Part shown: one piece after another, positions 30,180 to 39,604 of the stretch | Layout of the letters: every line of letters begins with the position of its first letter | Numbering within the stretch: position 1 is the stretch's first letter | Source of the DNA: a virus | Taxonomy: Duplodnaviria; Caudoviricetes | Strand: one strand, 5' to 3' | DNA: 54,025 nt | Virus record (IMG/VR): IMGVR_UViG_3300008448_000113 | Location: 1 to 54,025 of that record | Notes under the pieces: model-generated | The model's database searches: none | What the model was told of the DNA's origin: nothing | What the model saw: the letters and a program-made list of their open reading frames with translations, nothing else | Translations under genes and position numbers: made by a program

Positions 30180-30920
30180 ATGACACGATATAAGGCAATA
30201 ATTGTATCTGATGTACATTTGGGAACAGACGACAGTAAAGCTATGGAGTTCTTAGATTTTTTAAACAATCACCACACAGACATTCTAATTATCAATGGTG
30301 ACTTTGTAGATGGATGGGCTATTGCCAGAGGAAATAAGTGGCGTTCCAAACATACAAAGGTTATTTCGAAAGTATTAGATATTTCTCGTAAGATTCCTGT
30401 AATATGGATTCGTGGAAATCATGATGAATTTCTCCATGATTTCATGCATATGCATTTAGGAAAATTACAAGTAGAAGAACATTATATTTTGGATTTAGGT
30501 GCAGGAAAGAAATATTTTATTTTCCACGGTGATATTCTAGATGTATTTATTACCAAGTGGAAATGGTTGGCAAAGATTGGTGGTGTAGGATATGGATTGG
30601 CATTGAAGATGAATACGTTGTATAATAAATGGAGAGCGTGGAGAGGATTACCGTACTATTCCATTTCTAAAGATATCAAACGTGGTGTCAAAGCAGCAGT
30701 AAACTACATCACAGATTTTGAAGTTAGTGCTATTAAGTTAGCAGAACAGCATAATTGTGATGGTGTGATTTGTGGTCATATTCATCACGCGGAGAATAGA
30801 CAAATAGCTGGTAAGCATTATCTTAATTCGGGTGATTGGGTAGAAAGTATGACCGCTATTTTAGTAGATCAAAATAATAATATAGAAATTAAAGAGTTTC
30901 ATGTGAGGGATAAAAAATGA
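30180..30920 (+). CDS. LpxH-like calcineurin-type metallophosphoesterase
   Basis: SDVHLG, GDFVD, GNHD, HGD, GHIH and NSGDW motifs. Confidence 0.85.
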   Translation: MTRYKAIIVSDVHLGTDDSKAMEFLDFLNNHHTDILIINGDFVDGWAIARGNKWRSKHTKVISKVLDISRKIPVIWIRGNHDEFLHDFMHMHLGKLQVEEHYILDLGAGKKYFIFHGDILDVFITKWKWLAKIGGVGYGLALKMNTLYNKWRAWRGLPYYSISKDIKRGVKAAVNYITDFEVSAIKLAEQHNCDGVICGHIHHAENRQIAGKHYLNSGDWVESMTAILVDQNNNIEIKEFHVRDKK

Positions 30921-31183
30921 TTACAGTTAAAAGATTTACCGCACCGTGGTGTGCTCCGTGTCGTATGTTGGGTCCGATGTTTAAGCAAATGGAACAGGAC
31001 ATGCCCGATGTTAAGTTTGAAACTATCGACGTAGATGAATTTCCAGAGCAAGCATCCGAACAAGGTGTTAGGTCTGTACCAACGGTATTGGTGCACAGTA
31101 GTACTACGGATAAGACAATTAGTTTGGTAGGCGCTAATTCCAAAACAGCATATTTAAATGCTATGGAGGCTGTCCAACTATGA
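30917..31183 (+). CDS. trxA: Thioredoxin
   Basis: WCAPC active site and SVPT. Confidence 0.88.
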   Translation: MITVKRFTAPWCAPCRMLGPMFKQMEQDMPDVKFETIDVDEFPEQASEQGVRSVPTVLVHSSTTDKTISLVGANSKTAYLNAMEAVQL

Positions 31184-31599
31184 AGGTAAAAAAGTTAGTT
31201 GAACATGCAGTTATACCTGTAAAAGCACATGCTGGTGATTTGGGCTATGATTTATTCGCATCGGATCAGGTCAGTATCTACGCTGGAGATACAGTATTAA
31301 TTTCTACGGGGATTGCTATCCAGTTCCCAGAGGGATACGGTGGTTTGATTCGTGACCGTTCATCTATAGCAACTAAACGAAAGTTATTTACGGTTGCTGG
31401 TGTTATTGATAACGGGTATACGGGGGAAATTAAAATCGCACTTCATAACTCTACGGAAAACTTCCAAACTATTTATAGGGGTGACAAAATTGCACAGTTG
31501 ATTTTAATTCCAACTGTAAATTTTGATGTAGAGGAAGTCACAGATATTTCATCGAACGATGGGAGGAACGACAGTGGATTCGGTTCAACAGGAAAATGA
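31180..31599 (+). CDS. dut: dUTPase
   Basis: GYDL, RSS, GVIDNGYTGE, IAQL and GFGSTG motifs. Confidence 0.93.
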   Translation: MKVKKLVEHAVIPVKAHAGDLGYDLFASDQVSIYAGDTVLISTGIAIQFPEGYGGLIRDRSSIATKRKLFTVAGVIDNGYTGEIKIALHNSTENFQTIYRGDKIAQLILIPTVNFDVEEVTDISSNDGRNDSGFGSTGK

Positions 31600-31924
31600 A
31601 GTTAGTGTGACACTAACCAGCGCAGCATTACGAGAACTGGAAATGTTTTCTCAAATTGAAAATACACAATATTTCCGAATCTCTGTATTACCTGGTGGGT
31701 GTTCTGGATTCAAATACGATTTTAATATCATCAATAGTCCGGAAGAAGATGACATTGTATTAGAGCAATCTAACGGATTAAAAATTGTAGTAGACCCATT
31801 TTCTAGTTCATATTTGGATGGTACATTGGTACATTATGTCAAGGAAATGACGCGTTCTGGTTTCACATTTCAAAATCCAAACGCCACTGCAAAATGTGGA
31901 TGTGGATCGAGTTTTACGGCATAG
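31574..31924 (+). CDS. iscA: A-type Fe-S carrier (IscA/HesB family)
   Basis: GGCSG and CGCGSSF motifs; GTG start after GGAGG. Confidence 0.88.
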   Translation: MDSVQQENEVSVTLTSAALRELEMFSQIENTQYFRISVLPGGCSGFKYDFNIINSPEEDDIVLEQSNGLKIVVDPFSSSYLDGTLVHYVKEMTRSGFTFQNPNATAKCGCGSSFTA

Positions 31925-31931
31925 GTGATAT

Positions 31932-32504
31932 ATGAAAACTGGTGAAATGAAATGGGCATTTGCAACACCAATTCTCGAATTTAATTTAAACGAATATCTA
32001 ACACCACAGTTGAGCAAAAGTCTTATAAATATGGGACGTTCTGACAACACATTGGTGGACGGTATACGTGGTACTGAAAATCCAAAAAATTTACCTGAGT
32101 GCAAGCATTTATATAGTGTATTTCAAAAATGTGTAGACGAATATTCCGAGAAAATAGGAATCACTACCAGCGTAATATTTGAAAGTTGGATGAATATATT
32201 ATCCAAAGGTGGATCTGTTGGTGTACACCGACATTACGACAGTGTAATCAGTGCGGCATTTTACCCTTATGTAGAACCTAACAGTGCTCCTCTAATATTT
32301 GTAAGTCCGTTAGAGGGATTTCGTATGATGGACGTAAACGCTTCAAAACCTCACGCAATAGGTACATACACATCCAATGTGTTAAATGTGGAACCAGCTA
32401 CAGGAAAATTAGTTTTGTTTCCGAGTTGGATACAACATTATGTACCACCAAATAAATCAAGTTTACGTGTGACATTAAGTTTTAATACAAGATTTGCTAA
32501 ATGA
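31932..32504 (+). CDS. Putative 2OG-Fe(II) oxygenase
   Basis: SWMN, HRH, LFPSWIQHYV and R.TLSFN motifs. Confidence 0.75.
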   Translation: MKTGEMKWAFATPILEFNLNEYLTPQLSKSLINMGRSDNTLVDGIRGTENPKNLPECKHLYSVFQKCVDEYSEKIGITTSVIFESWMNILSKGGSVGVHRHYDSVISAAFYPYVEPNSAPLIFVSPLEGFRMMDVNASKPHAIGTYTSNVLNVEPATGKLVLFPSWIQHYVPPNKSSLRVTLSFNTRFAK

Positions 32505-32519
32505 TACTCTTTTTTTCAG

Positions 32520-32897
32520 ATGCCACAGAAGAAAGATAAAAAACAAACAACAAATAAAATTGAGCAAACCGTTTCTAGTATACTAACAAGACTAAATCTT
32601 CCATTCGAAGAACAAGTTGCGGTAGATAAATACACCGTTGACTTTTTAGTGGACAATAAGTATATTGTAGAGTGTTATGGAGATTTTTGGCATTGCAATC
32701 CACAACAATATACATCTTCCTATTTCAATAAAGGTAAAAGGAAAACGGCGGAAGAAATTTGGAAACGAGATAAAGAACGAAAGGAAAAGTTTGAACAACT
32801 TGGGTATAAATTTTTATGTATATGGGAAAGTGATATACGTAAAGACCCAAAAATAGTAAAATCAAAAATTAAACGATATATTAAATTGGATGAATAG
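32520..32897 (+). CDS. Vsr/DUF559-like endonuclease
   Basis: VDF, ECYGDFWH and IWESD motifs. Confidence 0.75.
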   Translation: MPQKKDKKQTTNKIEQTVSSILTRLNLPFEEQVAVDKYTVDFLVDNKYIVECYGDFWHCNPQQYTSSYFNKGKRKTAEEIWKRDKERKEKFEQLGYKFLCIWESDIRKDPKIVKSKIKRYIKLDE

Positions 32898-32900
32898 GTT

Positions 32901-33338
32901 ATGAGAATATTACTATTTGGTTTACCAGGATCAGGTAAAACAACATTAGCGGAAGAACTTATCAAGTTACTTCCCAACACAGCACATTTAAATGCGGATG
33001 CAGTACGAAAGGCATTCGATGATTGGGATTTCTCACCGGCTGGTCGAGCACGACAGGCACTTCGTATGAGAACAATGGCTGATGATTTATTAAAAAACGA
33101 AAATGTAAATTATGTTGTTGCGGACTTCGTAGCCCCAACCGCAGAACTTCGTGCTATCTATGAACCACAGTTTTCTGTGTGGATGGATACAATTGAAGAA
33201 GGTAGATTTGAAGATACCAATAAGGCATGGCGAGTACCTACCAACAACGAATACAATGATCGTATTACACAATTTAATCCCGTAGAGGAAGAGGCACAAC
33301 GAGTATGCAATTTAATTCAAAAGCACCAACAGGGTTGA
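32901..33338 (+). CDS. Adenylylsulfate kinase-like P-loop kinase
   Basis: GLPGSGKTT, NADAVR, DFS..GR and ADFVAP motifs. Confidence 0.7.
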   Translation: MRILLFGLPGSGKTTLAEELIKLLPNTAHLNADAVRKAFDDWDFSPAGRARQALRMRTMADDLLKNENVNYVVADFVAPTAELRAIYEPQFSVWMDTIEEGRFEDTNKAWRVPTNNEYNDRITQFNPVEEEAQRVCNLIQKHQQG

Positions 33339-33661
33339 TGATTGGTCGGTTTCAACCGTGGCACAAGGGTCACCGTACATTATTTGAGAAGATACTAGAA
33401 AAGGAAGGTCAGGTATGTATCTGTATTCGTGACACACAAGGTACCAGTGAAAAGGATCCTTTGGATGCAAACACGGTAGCTAAACGCATTGACGAAGATT
33501 TAATTACAAGTTACGAAGGAAAGTATCAGATTGTTATGATGCCCAATATTACCGGCGTATATTATGGTCGTGATGTCGGTTATAAAGTTGAACAAATTAA
33601 ATTGGGTGAAGAAATCGAATCTATCAGCGCAACGCAAATTAGAAAAGAATTGGGAATCTAA
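33305..33661 (+). CDS. HxGH nucleotidyltransferase (cytidylyltransferase-like)
   Basis: GRFQPWHKGH and ISATQIR motifs. Confidence 0.8.
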   Translation: MQFNSKAPTGLMIGRFQPWHKGHRTLFEKILEKEGQVCICIRDTQGTSEKDPLDANTVAKRIDEDLITSYEGKYQIVMMPNITGVYYGRDVGYKVEQIKLGEEIESISATQIRKELGI

Positions 33662-34425
33662 TGTATTGTTTACTAAGTTTACCCAGGGCAGGAAGTATTG
33701 CTACGTATTCTTGGATGGTTGAGTCGTTGGGGATTGCATATCCACAATATAAAGAAGTTTCTGATTTAATTTCACAAGAAGCTACTCATCCACGATTAAT
33801 TCAAAAAATAGCAGAAACTTTTGAAGAAATCGATACGAGTAAAAAAATCTATGCTGGTGTAAAGAAAACATACAATGATTTGGAACAAACCCTCATGCCG
33901 TACAATTATTATTATGATTTACGATTGTACGAGACATTAACTAAACTAAAACCTTTACCTGTTGTTAGTTTAAAAGTAGGTAAGAACTATGCTATCATGG
34001 ATAAATTTATTTCTAATTCTGATTACAAGTGTATAGTTCTGACTAGAAAGGATGTCAAAAAACAATTTTTGAGTTTTATTGTATCTACACAAACACAAAC
34101 ATATCATGGAAATCGTGAGGCTATCTTTGAAAAAAGAAAACGATTTGAAAAAATTGAAATACACCCAGCAATGTTTTCTAGATGGTTTGATTGGTCATTA
34201 AAATTACATAGACTCAAATCAATAACAAACCATGTATTTTATTTAGAAGATATAGAAAAGAATCCAAATTTCTTTCTCAATTCGTTGGGGTTACCTAGCA
34301 TAGAAATACACGACAAAGTAATACAAAAAACGAAAGATACGGATTTTATGAAGTACATAAAAAATCCAGATGTGTTTGAAAAAACGTGGAATGAATATTA
34401 TGGAATATACAGAGGAATAATATAA
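33661..34425 (+). CDS. Sulfotransferase-like protein
   Basis: N-terminal SLPRAGS (resembles a PAPS-binding loop) and LTRKD...QFLS. Confidence 0.5.
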   Translation: MYCLLSLPRAGSIATYSWMVESLGIAYPQYKEVSDLISQEATHPRLIQKIAETFEEIDTSKKIYAGVKKTYNDLEQTLMPYNYYYDLRLYETLTKLKPLPVVSLKVGKNYAIMDKFISNSDYKCIVLTRKDVKKQFLSFIVSTQTQTYHGNREAIFEKRKRFEKIEIHPAMFSRWFDWSLKLHRLKSITNHVFYLEDIEKNPNFFLNSLGLPSIEIHDKVIQKTKDTDFMKYIKNPDVFEKTWNEYYGIYRGII

Positions 34426-34640
34426 TGGTACATGTAAAACGACATATAGCAAAAACAATTAGTTGGCGAATAATTGGTACAATAGACACAATGATATTAG
34501 CTGGATTAATATCTGGTGATTGGAAAATCGGTGTATCTGTTGGTGGAGCAGAAGTATTAACTAAAATGGTATTATACTTTTTACATGAACGAGTTTGGTA
34601 CAATTGGATTACTTTTGGAGTTGACAAAAAGGCAGACTGA
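34425..34640 (+). CDS. DUF2061-like small membrane protein
   Basis: KTISWRIIGT and YFLHERVW motifs. Confidence 0.75.
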   Translation: MVHVKRHIAKTISWRIIGTIDTMILAGLISGDWKIGVSVGGAEVLTKMVLYFLHERVWYNWITFGVDKKAD

Positions 34641-34649
34641 TGGTATATT
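34621..34649 (+). promoter_or_regulatory. Sigma70-like promoter upstream of PolB
   Basis: TTGACA-N17-TATATT. Confidence 0.75.
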
Positions 34650-34679
34650 GAAGGAGATTATTTACAGGAGAAATCTCTA

Positions 34680-37202
34680 GTGTATCAAAATATTTATGTT
34701 GAAGACGGGGAGGGGCGGGGTACAGTACATCTTTGGGATGACCAGAGTGGATATACCACCCTCCCCTTTGCACAGTTTGACTACGCATATAAACCAGACA
34801 GAAGTGGTAATATGCTGAGCATGACGGGTGTACGTGTTAATAAAACAAAGTATTATAAGTTTGATGATCAGTCTATGTTTGAAACTGACATTCCGCGTGA
34901 AACTCGTGTGCTTACAGATTTGTATCTGGAAGATGATAATCCATCTACGGGGCATACGGTTATGTTTTTTGACATTGAGGTGTCGATGGAAAACGGCATT
35001 CCCAATATCGAAAACCCAAATAATGAAGTTACCGCTATTACTTTGTATGATAGTGTGACTAAGCAATATAATGTATTTGTTCTTGATAAGACCGGTTCTC
35101 GCAAAAGTTTCACGAAGGATAATATTGAAACTTATTTCTTTGATAATGAAATTGATTTATTGTACAAATTCGTTGATGTATACGAAGCAATTAATCCTAC
35201 CATTATTACTGGATGGAACAGTGATTACTTCGACGTACCGTATTTGTATAACCGTTTGAAGCAACAGTGCGGTAATAGTATTGCGAATCGATTGTCACCG
35301 ATTGGTAAATTAAAGTATTCTAAATTCCGTAAGAAGTGGATGATTGCGGGTGTTTCTTCGTTGGATTATCTAGACTTGTACAAGAAGTTTACTTATGGTC
35401 AGCAACAGAATTATCGTCTTGATACTATCGGTCGTATTGAGGTGGGTATGGGAAAGGTTGAATACGAAGGTTCTCTTGATGAATTGTTTAGAACTGACCT
35501 AGATAAGTTTATTGAGTACAACGTACAAGACGTTCGTATTATTGTTGAAATTGACAAGAAGATGAAATTGATTGAACTTGTCCGTGGTATTTGCCACGTT
35601 GGGCATGTGCAATACGAAGACTATTGCTACAGTTCTAAGTTTCTTGAAGGTACCATTATTACTTATCTCCACCGTAAGGGAATTGTGGTAAGCAATAAAC
35701 CTGCCGATGGACGGCAGTTAATGAACGAACGAGTAGAAAATGATGATGAAGGATTTACGGGTGCGTATGTAAAACCTCCGATACCTGGATTGTATGATTG
35801 GGTGTATTCATTGGACTTGCAGTCTCTTTATCCATCAATCATTATGTCACTGAATATTTCTCCAGAAACCAAGGTTGGATTCGTTACGAATTGGGATGTG
35901 GAAAAACATCGTAACGGTGATATTGATTTGTATCTTGTTCGTGATAAGGAAACAGATGATATTACACGATTGAACCGTGACATGTTTACGAAGTTTATGA
36001 CGGATATGAATTATTATATCAGTTCCAACGGTGTATTGTATGACGCCAACAAAACAGGTATTATTCCTGAGGTGCTTGACCGATGGTTTGCGGAACGAGT
36101 CGAGTATAAAAACTTGATGAAGAAGTATAAAAATGAAGGAAACGTGGAACTGGCGGAGTTTTACGATAGACGCCAACATATTCAAAAGATTTTCTTGAAC
36201 TCACTCTATGGTGTGTTGGGTCTTCCTATTTTCCGTTTCTTTGATATCGATAATGCATTGGCGGTTACTGCAACGGGACAAGATGTTATTAAGAACAGTG
36301 CAGATTATGCGAACAAGTTATATAACGATCGATTGAAAGATGATAAGGATTATTGTATTTACATTGATACGGACTCGTTGTATTTCTCATCCAAACCACT
36401 GATACCAACCAGTAAGGAGCCGAAAGAATTTACCATCAATTTGGCTCGTGTTGTCGAACGAAAGTTGAACGACTACTATAATGACATGTCAAAAGAATTG
36501 TTCTTTTGTGACAAGCATCGGTTTTATATCAAAGGTGAATCTGTAGCAAGTAAGGGACTGTGGATTGCCAAGAAACGATATGCGATGAACGTTGTATACG
36601 ATTTGGAATCAAATCTGGACGTTGATAATAAAATTAAAGTTAAAGGATTGGATGTTGTACGTTCTACGTTCCCACCCGCGTTTCGTGAATTCATGAACAA
36701 AGTACTTAAAAGTGTATTGGGTGGTATTGGTAAACAAGAAATGGATGCTACGGTACTTGATTTCCGTTCTGGATTGGATGCTCGTCCATATATTGATGTC
36801 GCACGTAATACATCCATCAAAAATATTTCCGAGTATGAGAAGGGTGCTGGAAACAAACTTGGCGAGTTCAAGAAAGGTACACCTGCACACGTTAAGGCAG
36901 CGATAACATACAATAGAATGTTGAAGCACTTTGAGATACAGAATCGATATGAAAAGATTTCCGATGGTGAAAAAATCAAGTACGTATATCTCAAAAATAA
37001 TCCGTGGAACTTAGAAACGATTGCGGTGAAGGGTTATAACGATCCAAAAGAAATTATAGATATCGCAGAGACATATATTGATTACGAAGCATTGTTTGAA
37101 AACGAATTAAAAAAGAAGCTGGAAGATTTCTATAATGCATTGGGGTGGGGATTACTACCCACCGACGTAAACCAAAAAGCAGAAGAATTTTTCTCATTTT
37201 AA
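34680..37202 (+). CDS. Family B DNA polymerase (gp43-like)
   Basis: Exonuclease FDIE and GWNSDYFD; polymerase DLQSLYPS, KIFLNSLYG, YIDTDS and KKRY. Confidence 0.95.
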   Translation: MYQNIYVEDGEGRGTVHLWDDQSGYTTLPFAQFDYAYKPDRSGNMLSMTGVRVNKTKYYKFDDQSMFETDIPRETRVLTDLYLEDDNPSTGHTVMFFDIEVSMENGIPNIENPNNEVTAITLYDSVTKQYNVFVLDKTGSRKSFTKDNIETYFFDNEIDLLYKFVDVYEAINPTIITGWNSDYFDVPYLYNRLKQQCGNSIANRLSPIGKLKYSKFRKKWMIAGVSSLDYLDLYKKFTYGQQQNYRLDTIGRIEVGMGKVEYEGSLDELFRTDLDKFIEYNVQDVRIIVEIDKKMKLIELVRGICHVGHVQYEDYCYSSKFLEGTIITYLHRKGIVVSNKPADGRQLMNERVENDDEGFTGAYVKPPIPGLYDWVYSLDLQSLYPSIIMSLNISPETKVGFVTNWDVEKHRNGDIDLYLVRDKETDDITRLNRDMFTKFMTDMNYYISSNGVLYDANKTGIIPEVLDRWFAERVEYKNLMKKYKNEGNVELAEFYDRRQHIQKIFLNSLYGVLGLPIFRFFDIDNALAVTATGQDVIKNSADYANKLYNDRLKDDKDYCIYIDTDSLYFSSKPLIPTSKEPKEFTINLARVVERKLNDYYNDMSKELFFCDKHRFYIKGESVASKGLWIAKKRYAMNVVYDLESNLDVDNKIKVKGLDVVRSTFPPAFREFMNKVLKSVLGGIGKQEMDATVLDFRSGLDARPYIDVARNTSIKNISEYEKGAGNKLGEFKKGTPAHVKAAITYNRMLKHFEIQNRYEKISDGEKIKYVYLKNNPWNLETIAVKGYNDPKEIIDIAETYIDYEALFENELKKKLEDFYNALGWGLLPTDVNQKAEEFFSF

Positions 37203-37211
37203 GAGGTTACT

Positions 37212-38009
37212 ATGAAAGATATCGAACGACAAAACAAAATAACATTTTACAGAATAGATAAGAATAAAGCTATTCCTGGGTGGAATGTACGGGCAGCATC
37301 ACCGAAACGTGATTGGATGGATATTCACAATCACATGTATCGTTGTCTGCCAATGGCAATTGCTAATCAAAATGGTTGGGTAATCGAATGTCCCTGTGAT
37401 ATTAGTGCCGTGTGGTTTGGTGGATTAGACACCGCGTCCATGCACTTCTGGTTAGATAAAGAATTTAATGTACCCAATCCGTGGGTAAAGTGTCACTTCT
37501 TAGGTGGTATAATCACGTTTGAATTTGATTTCATTATCAGAACCAGCGAAAAAACAAATCTTTTGGTTAGAGGTGCTCCGAACTTTTTCATAGATGGTTT
37601 ACATCCACTGGAAGGTGTTGTTGAAACCGATTGGTTAAACTTTACATTTACTATGAATTGGAAAGTAACACAACCAAATAAAATTGTTACGTTTAGAAAG
37701 GGAGATCCTATTTGCTTTGTTCAGCCTGTTCCGCATAATTACTCTGAGACGTTCGATTTTGAAATAGACCACTTAGAAAACAATCCATTTATGAAAGAAC
37801 AGCATACCGAGTGGCATAACAAACGTATGGAATTTAGTAATAATCGTAAAATTGGAATTGAAAATCGTAAGTGGCAAAAAGATTATTTTGAAGGGCGGGA
37901 CGTAAAAACTGGAACAACTCAAAATAGTGAAATTCATAGTACTAAATTGTATTTATCTGATCCTGTAGACCAAAAATTACCACAAAAACGATTAAATATA
38001 GTTAAATAA
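37212..38009 (+). CDS. DUF6065-like protein
   Basis: RDWMD, YRCLPMAIANQNGW, GVVETDW and FTMNW motifs. Confidence 0.7.
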   Translation: MKDIERQNKITFYRIDKNKAIPGWNVRAASPKRDWMDIHNHMYRCLPMAIANQNGWVIECPCDISAVWFGGLDTASMHFWLDKEFNVPNPWVKCHFLGGIITFEFDFIIRTSEKTNLLVRGAPNFFIDGLHPLEGVVETDWLNFTFTMNWKVTQPNKIVTFRKGDPICFVQPVPHNYSETFDFEIDHLENNPFMKEQHTEWHNKRMEFSNNRKIGIENRKWQKDYFEGRDVKTGTTQNSEIHSTKLYLSDPVDQKLPQKRLNIVK

Positions 38010-38012
38010 TAC

Positions 38013-38041
38013 TTGACAAACTAATAAGATTGTATTATATT
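38013..38041 (+). promoter_or_regulatory. Sigma70-like promoter upstream of the ligase
   Basis: TTGACA-N17-TATATT, then AAGGAG SD. Confidence 0.8.
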
Positions 38042-38066
38042 ACAGTATCCCAAATAAGGAGAATTT

Positions 38067-39179
38067 GTGAATATTATCAAAACTAGCGATTGGTATGTTT
38101 CTGAGAACAAGGCTGGACTATTGAAGTTTTGGCGTGTACACATTCTTGAATCCAAGAAAGTAAATACTAAGGAGTATTTTACACAGACCGAATGGTATCA
38201 ACTTACCAAAACTGGACGAGAAACTAAGCGTCAACTTTCCGAACCATATTTCGCAGAACCCACAAATGTGGGTAGGGCAAACGAACGAGATAGTTATAAT
38301 CAGGCAGAATTTGAATACGATGCTATTATCAAAAAGCAACGTGACAAGGGATTCCAACTTCCTGGTGAAAAGGTACAGGCATACCCTATGCCGATGTTGG
38401 CGCATAAGTTCAAAGACCACATTGGTAAGGTTGAATGGCCTGTACTCACGCAACCGAAACTTAATGGTATGCGTATGTTGTTTGATGGTTTGGAAGGATG
38501 GAGCCGTGGAAACAAGCAGGTGATTCCCGATGTGATTAAGCATCTTGCTTTCGATACGGCTGGGTTTATTCTTGACGGTGAACTAATGCTTCCGGGTAAT
38601 CAGCTTCTACAAGAAAGTATGAAGGCAATCAAGAAGTATCGCCCTGAACTTTCTCCGAAGTTGGAATACCACGTATATGATATCGTGGATAGTGAACTTC
38701 CGTATGCAAAACGATATCAGTTGATTCTTGATATCTGTCATAACGCACCTGAGAACATTAAGATTGTTCCGGCTGATTTGTGTAATTCGGAAGCAGAAGT
38801 GTATAAAATGCATAAAACGTATGTGAAGGAAGGATTTGAAGGTACCATGATTCGTGATATGGATATGCATTACGAAATTGGTAAACGTTCATATTCACTA
38901 CTTAAACTAAAGGATTTTGTCGATGCTGAATATCGTATTGTTGATATTATTGATGGTGATGGAAGCGATAAGAATCTCGCCATTTTTGTTCTCGAAAACA
39001 ATGCTGGACAACATTTTAATTGTCGTCCTGAAGGATCGCAAGAGAATCGTAGAGAACTTTACAAGAGCCGCTCTAAGTTAATTGGTAAATATCTCACCGT
39101 TCGTTATCAAGAGTTGAGTAAGGATGATATTCCTATTTTTCCTGTTGGTGTATCCATTCGTGAATGGGGTGAGTTTTAA
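38067..39179 (+). CDS. ATP-dependent DNA ligase
   Basis: PMLA, QPKLNGMR, LDGEL, EGTMIR, LLKLK and a C-terminal OB fold (PIFPV). Confidence 0.9.
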   Translation: MNIIKTSDWYVSENKAGLLKFWRVHILESKKVNTKEYFTQTEWYQLTKTGRETKRQLSEPYFAEPTNVGRANERDSYNQAEFEYDAIIKKQRDKGFQLPGEKVQAYPMPMLAHKFKDHIGKVEWPVLTQPKLNGMRMLFDGLEGWSRGNKQVIPDVIKHLAFDTAGFILDGELMLPGNQLLQESMKAIKKYRPELSPKLEYHVYDIVDSELPYAKRYQLILDICHNAPENIKIVPADLCNSEAEVYKMHKTYVKEGFEGTMIRDMDMHYEIGKRSYSLLKLKDFVDAEYRIVDIIDGDGSDKNLAIFVLENNAGQHFNCRPEGSQENRRELYKSRSKLIGKYLTVRYQELSKDDIPIFPVGVSIREWGEF

Positions 39180-39184
39180 TGGAT

Positions 39185-39274
39185 ATGAATAAATTACAAA
39201 TTATCGCTCTACGATTGTCGGTGATTATGTTTTTATTGGTGTTCTGGATTGGTGTATTTAAGTTGGTCTTTTGA
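39185..39274 (+). CDS. Small hydrophobic peptide (below the ORF track cutoff)
   Basis: MNKLQIIALRLSVIMFLLVFWIGVFKLVF fills the gap after the ligase. Confidence 0.45.
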   Translation: MNKLQIIALRLSVIMFLLVFWIGVFKLVF

Positions 39275-39281
39275 TAAAAAT

Positions 39282-39404
39282 TGCGGTGCAGTCGGTCGGG
39301 ACGACGGTGGGAGTGGATATACGGGCGCTACCCGAGGTTACAACCACACTACGCTAGCCAAGGACTTAGGGAAACCTATGTGGGGTTCGAATCCCCCACC
39401 GCAT
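39282..39404 (+). ncRNA. tRNA-like structured RNA (~122 nt)
   Basis: TGCGGTG pairs with CACCGCA (acceptor-like stem); GGGG-TTCGAAT-CCCC T-arm; GTCG/CGAC D-like stem; TAGG-GAAA-CCTA arm; locally GC-rich. Confidence 0.65.
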
Positions 39405-39418
39405 CTATGGAGGTAATT

Positions 39419-39604
39419 ATGGAAAAGAAATATTGTAAAATATGTGAACGGATGGTATTTTGGAAAGATGTTCCAATCGTCACCATGCCAAGTGGTAAAA
39501 CATATCGATTGGGGTGCTCCGGTGGTAACTCCACACACTTTTGTGAGAAAGGTGGTTCATCACATCACGATGATATGGAATGTAAATGCTTGGAGGAAAA
39601 GTAA
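39419..39604 (+). CDS. Small Cys/His-rich protein
   Basis: GGAGG SD; CKIC...C...C...CKC. Confidence 0.6.
   Translation: MEKKYCKICERMVFWKDVPIVTMPSGKTYRLGCSGGNSTHFCEKGGSSHHDDMECKCLEEK

Noticed and set aside
27617-37202. Introns or inteins in RNR or PolB
   Set aside because: Both are uninterrupted and of normal or compact length, with no splicing motifs seen.
39281-39418. N-terminal extension of ORF 39281-39604
   Set aside because: It overlaps the tRNA-like structure; a GGAGG SD supports ATG 39419 instead.
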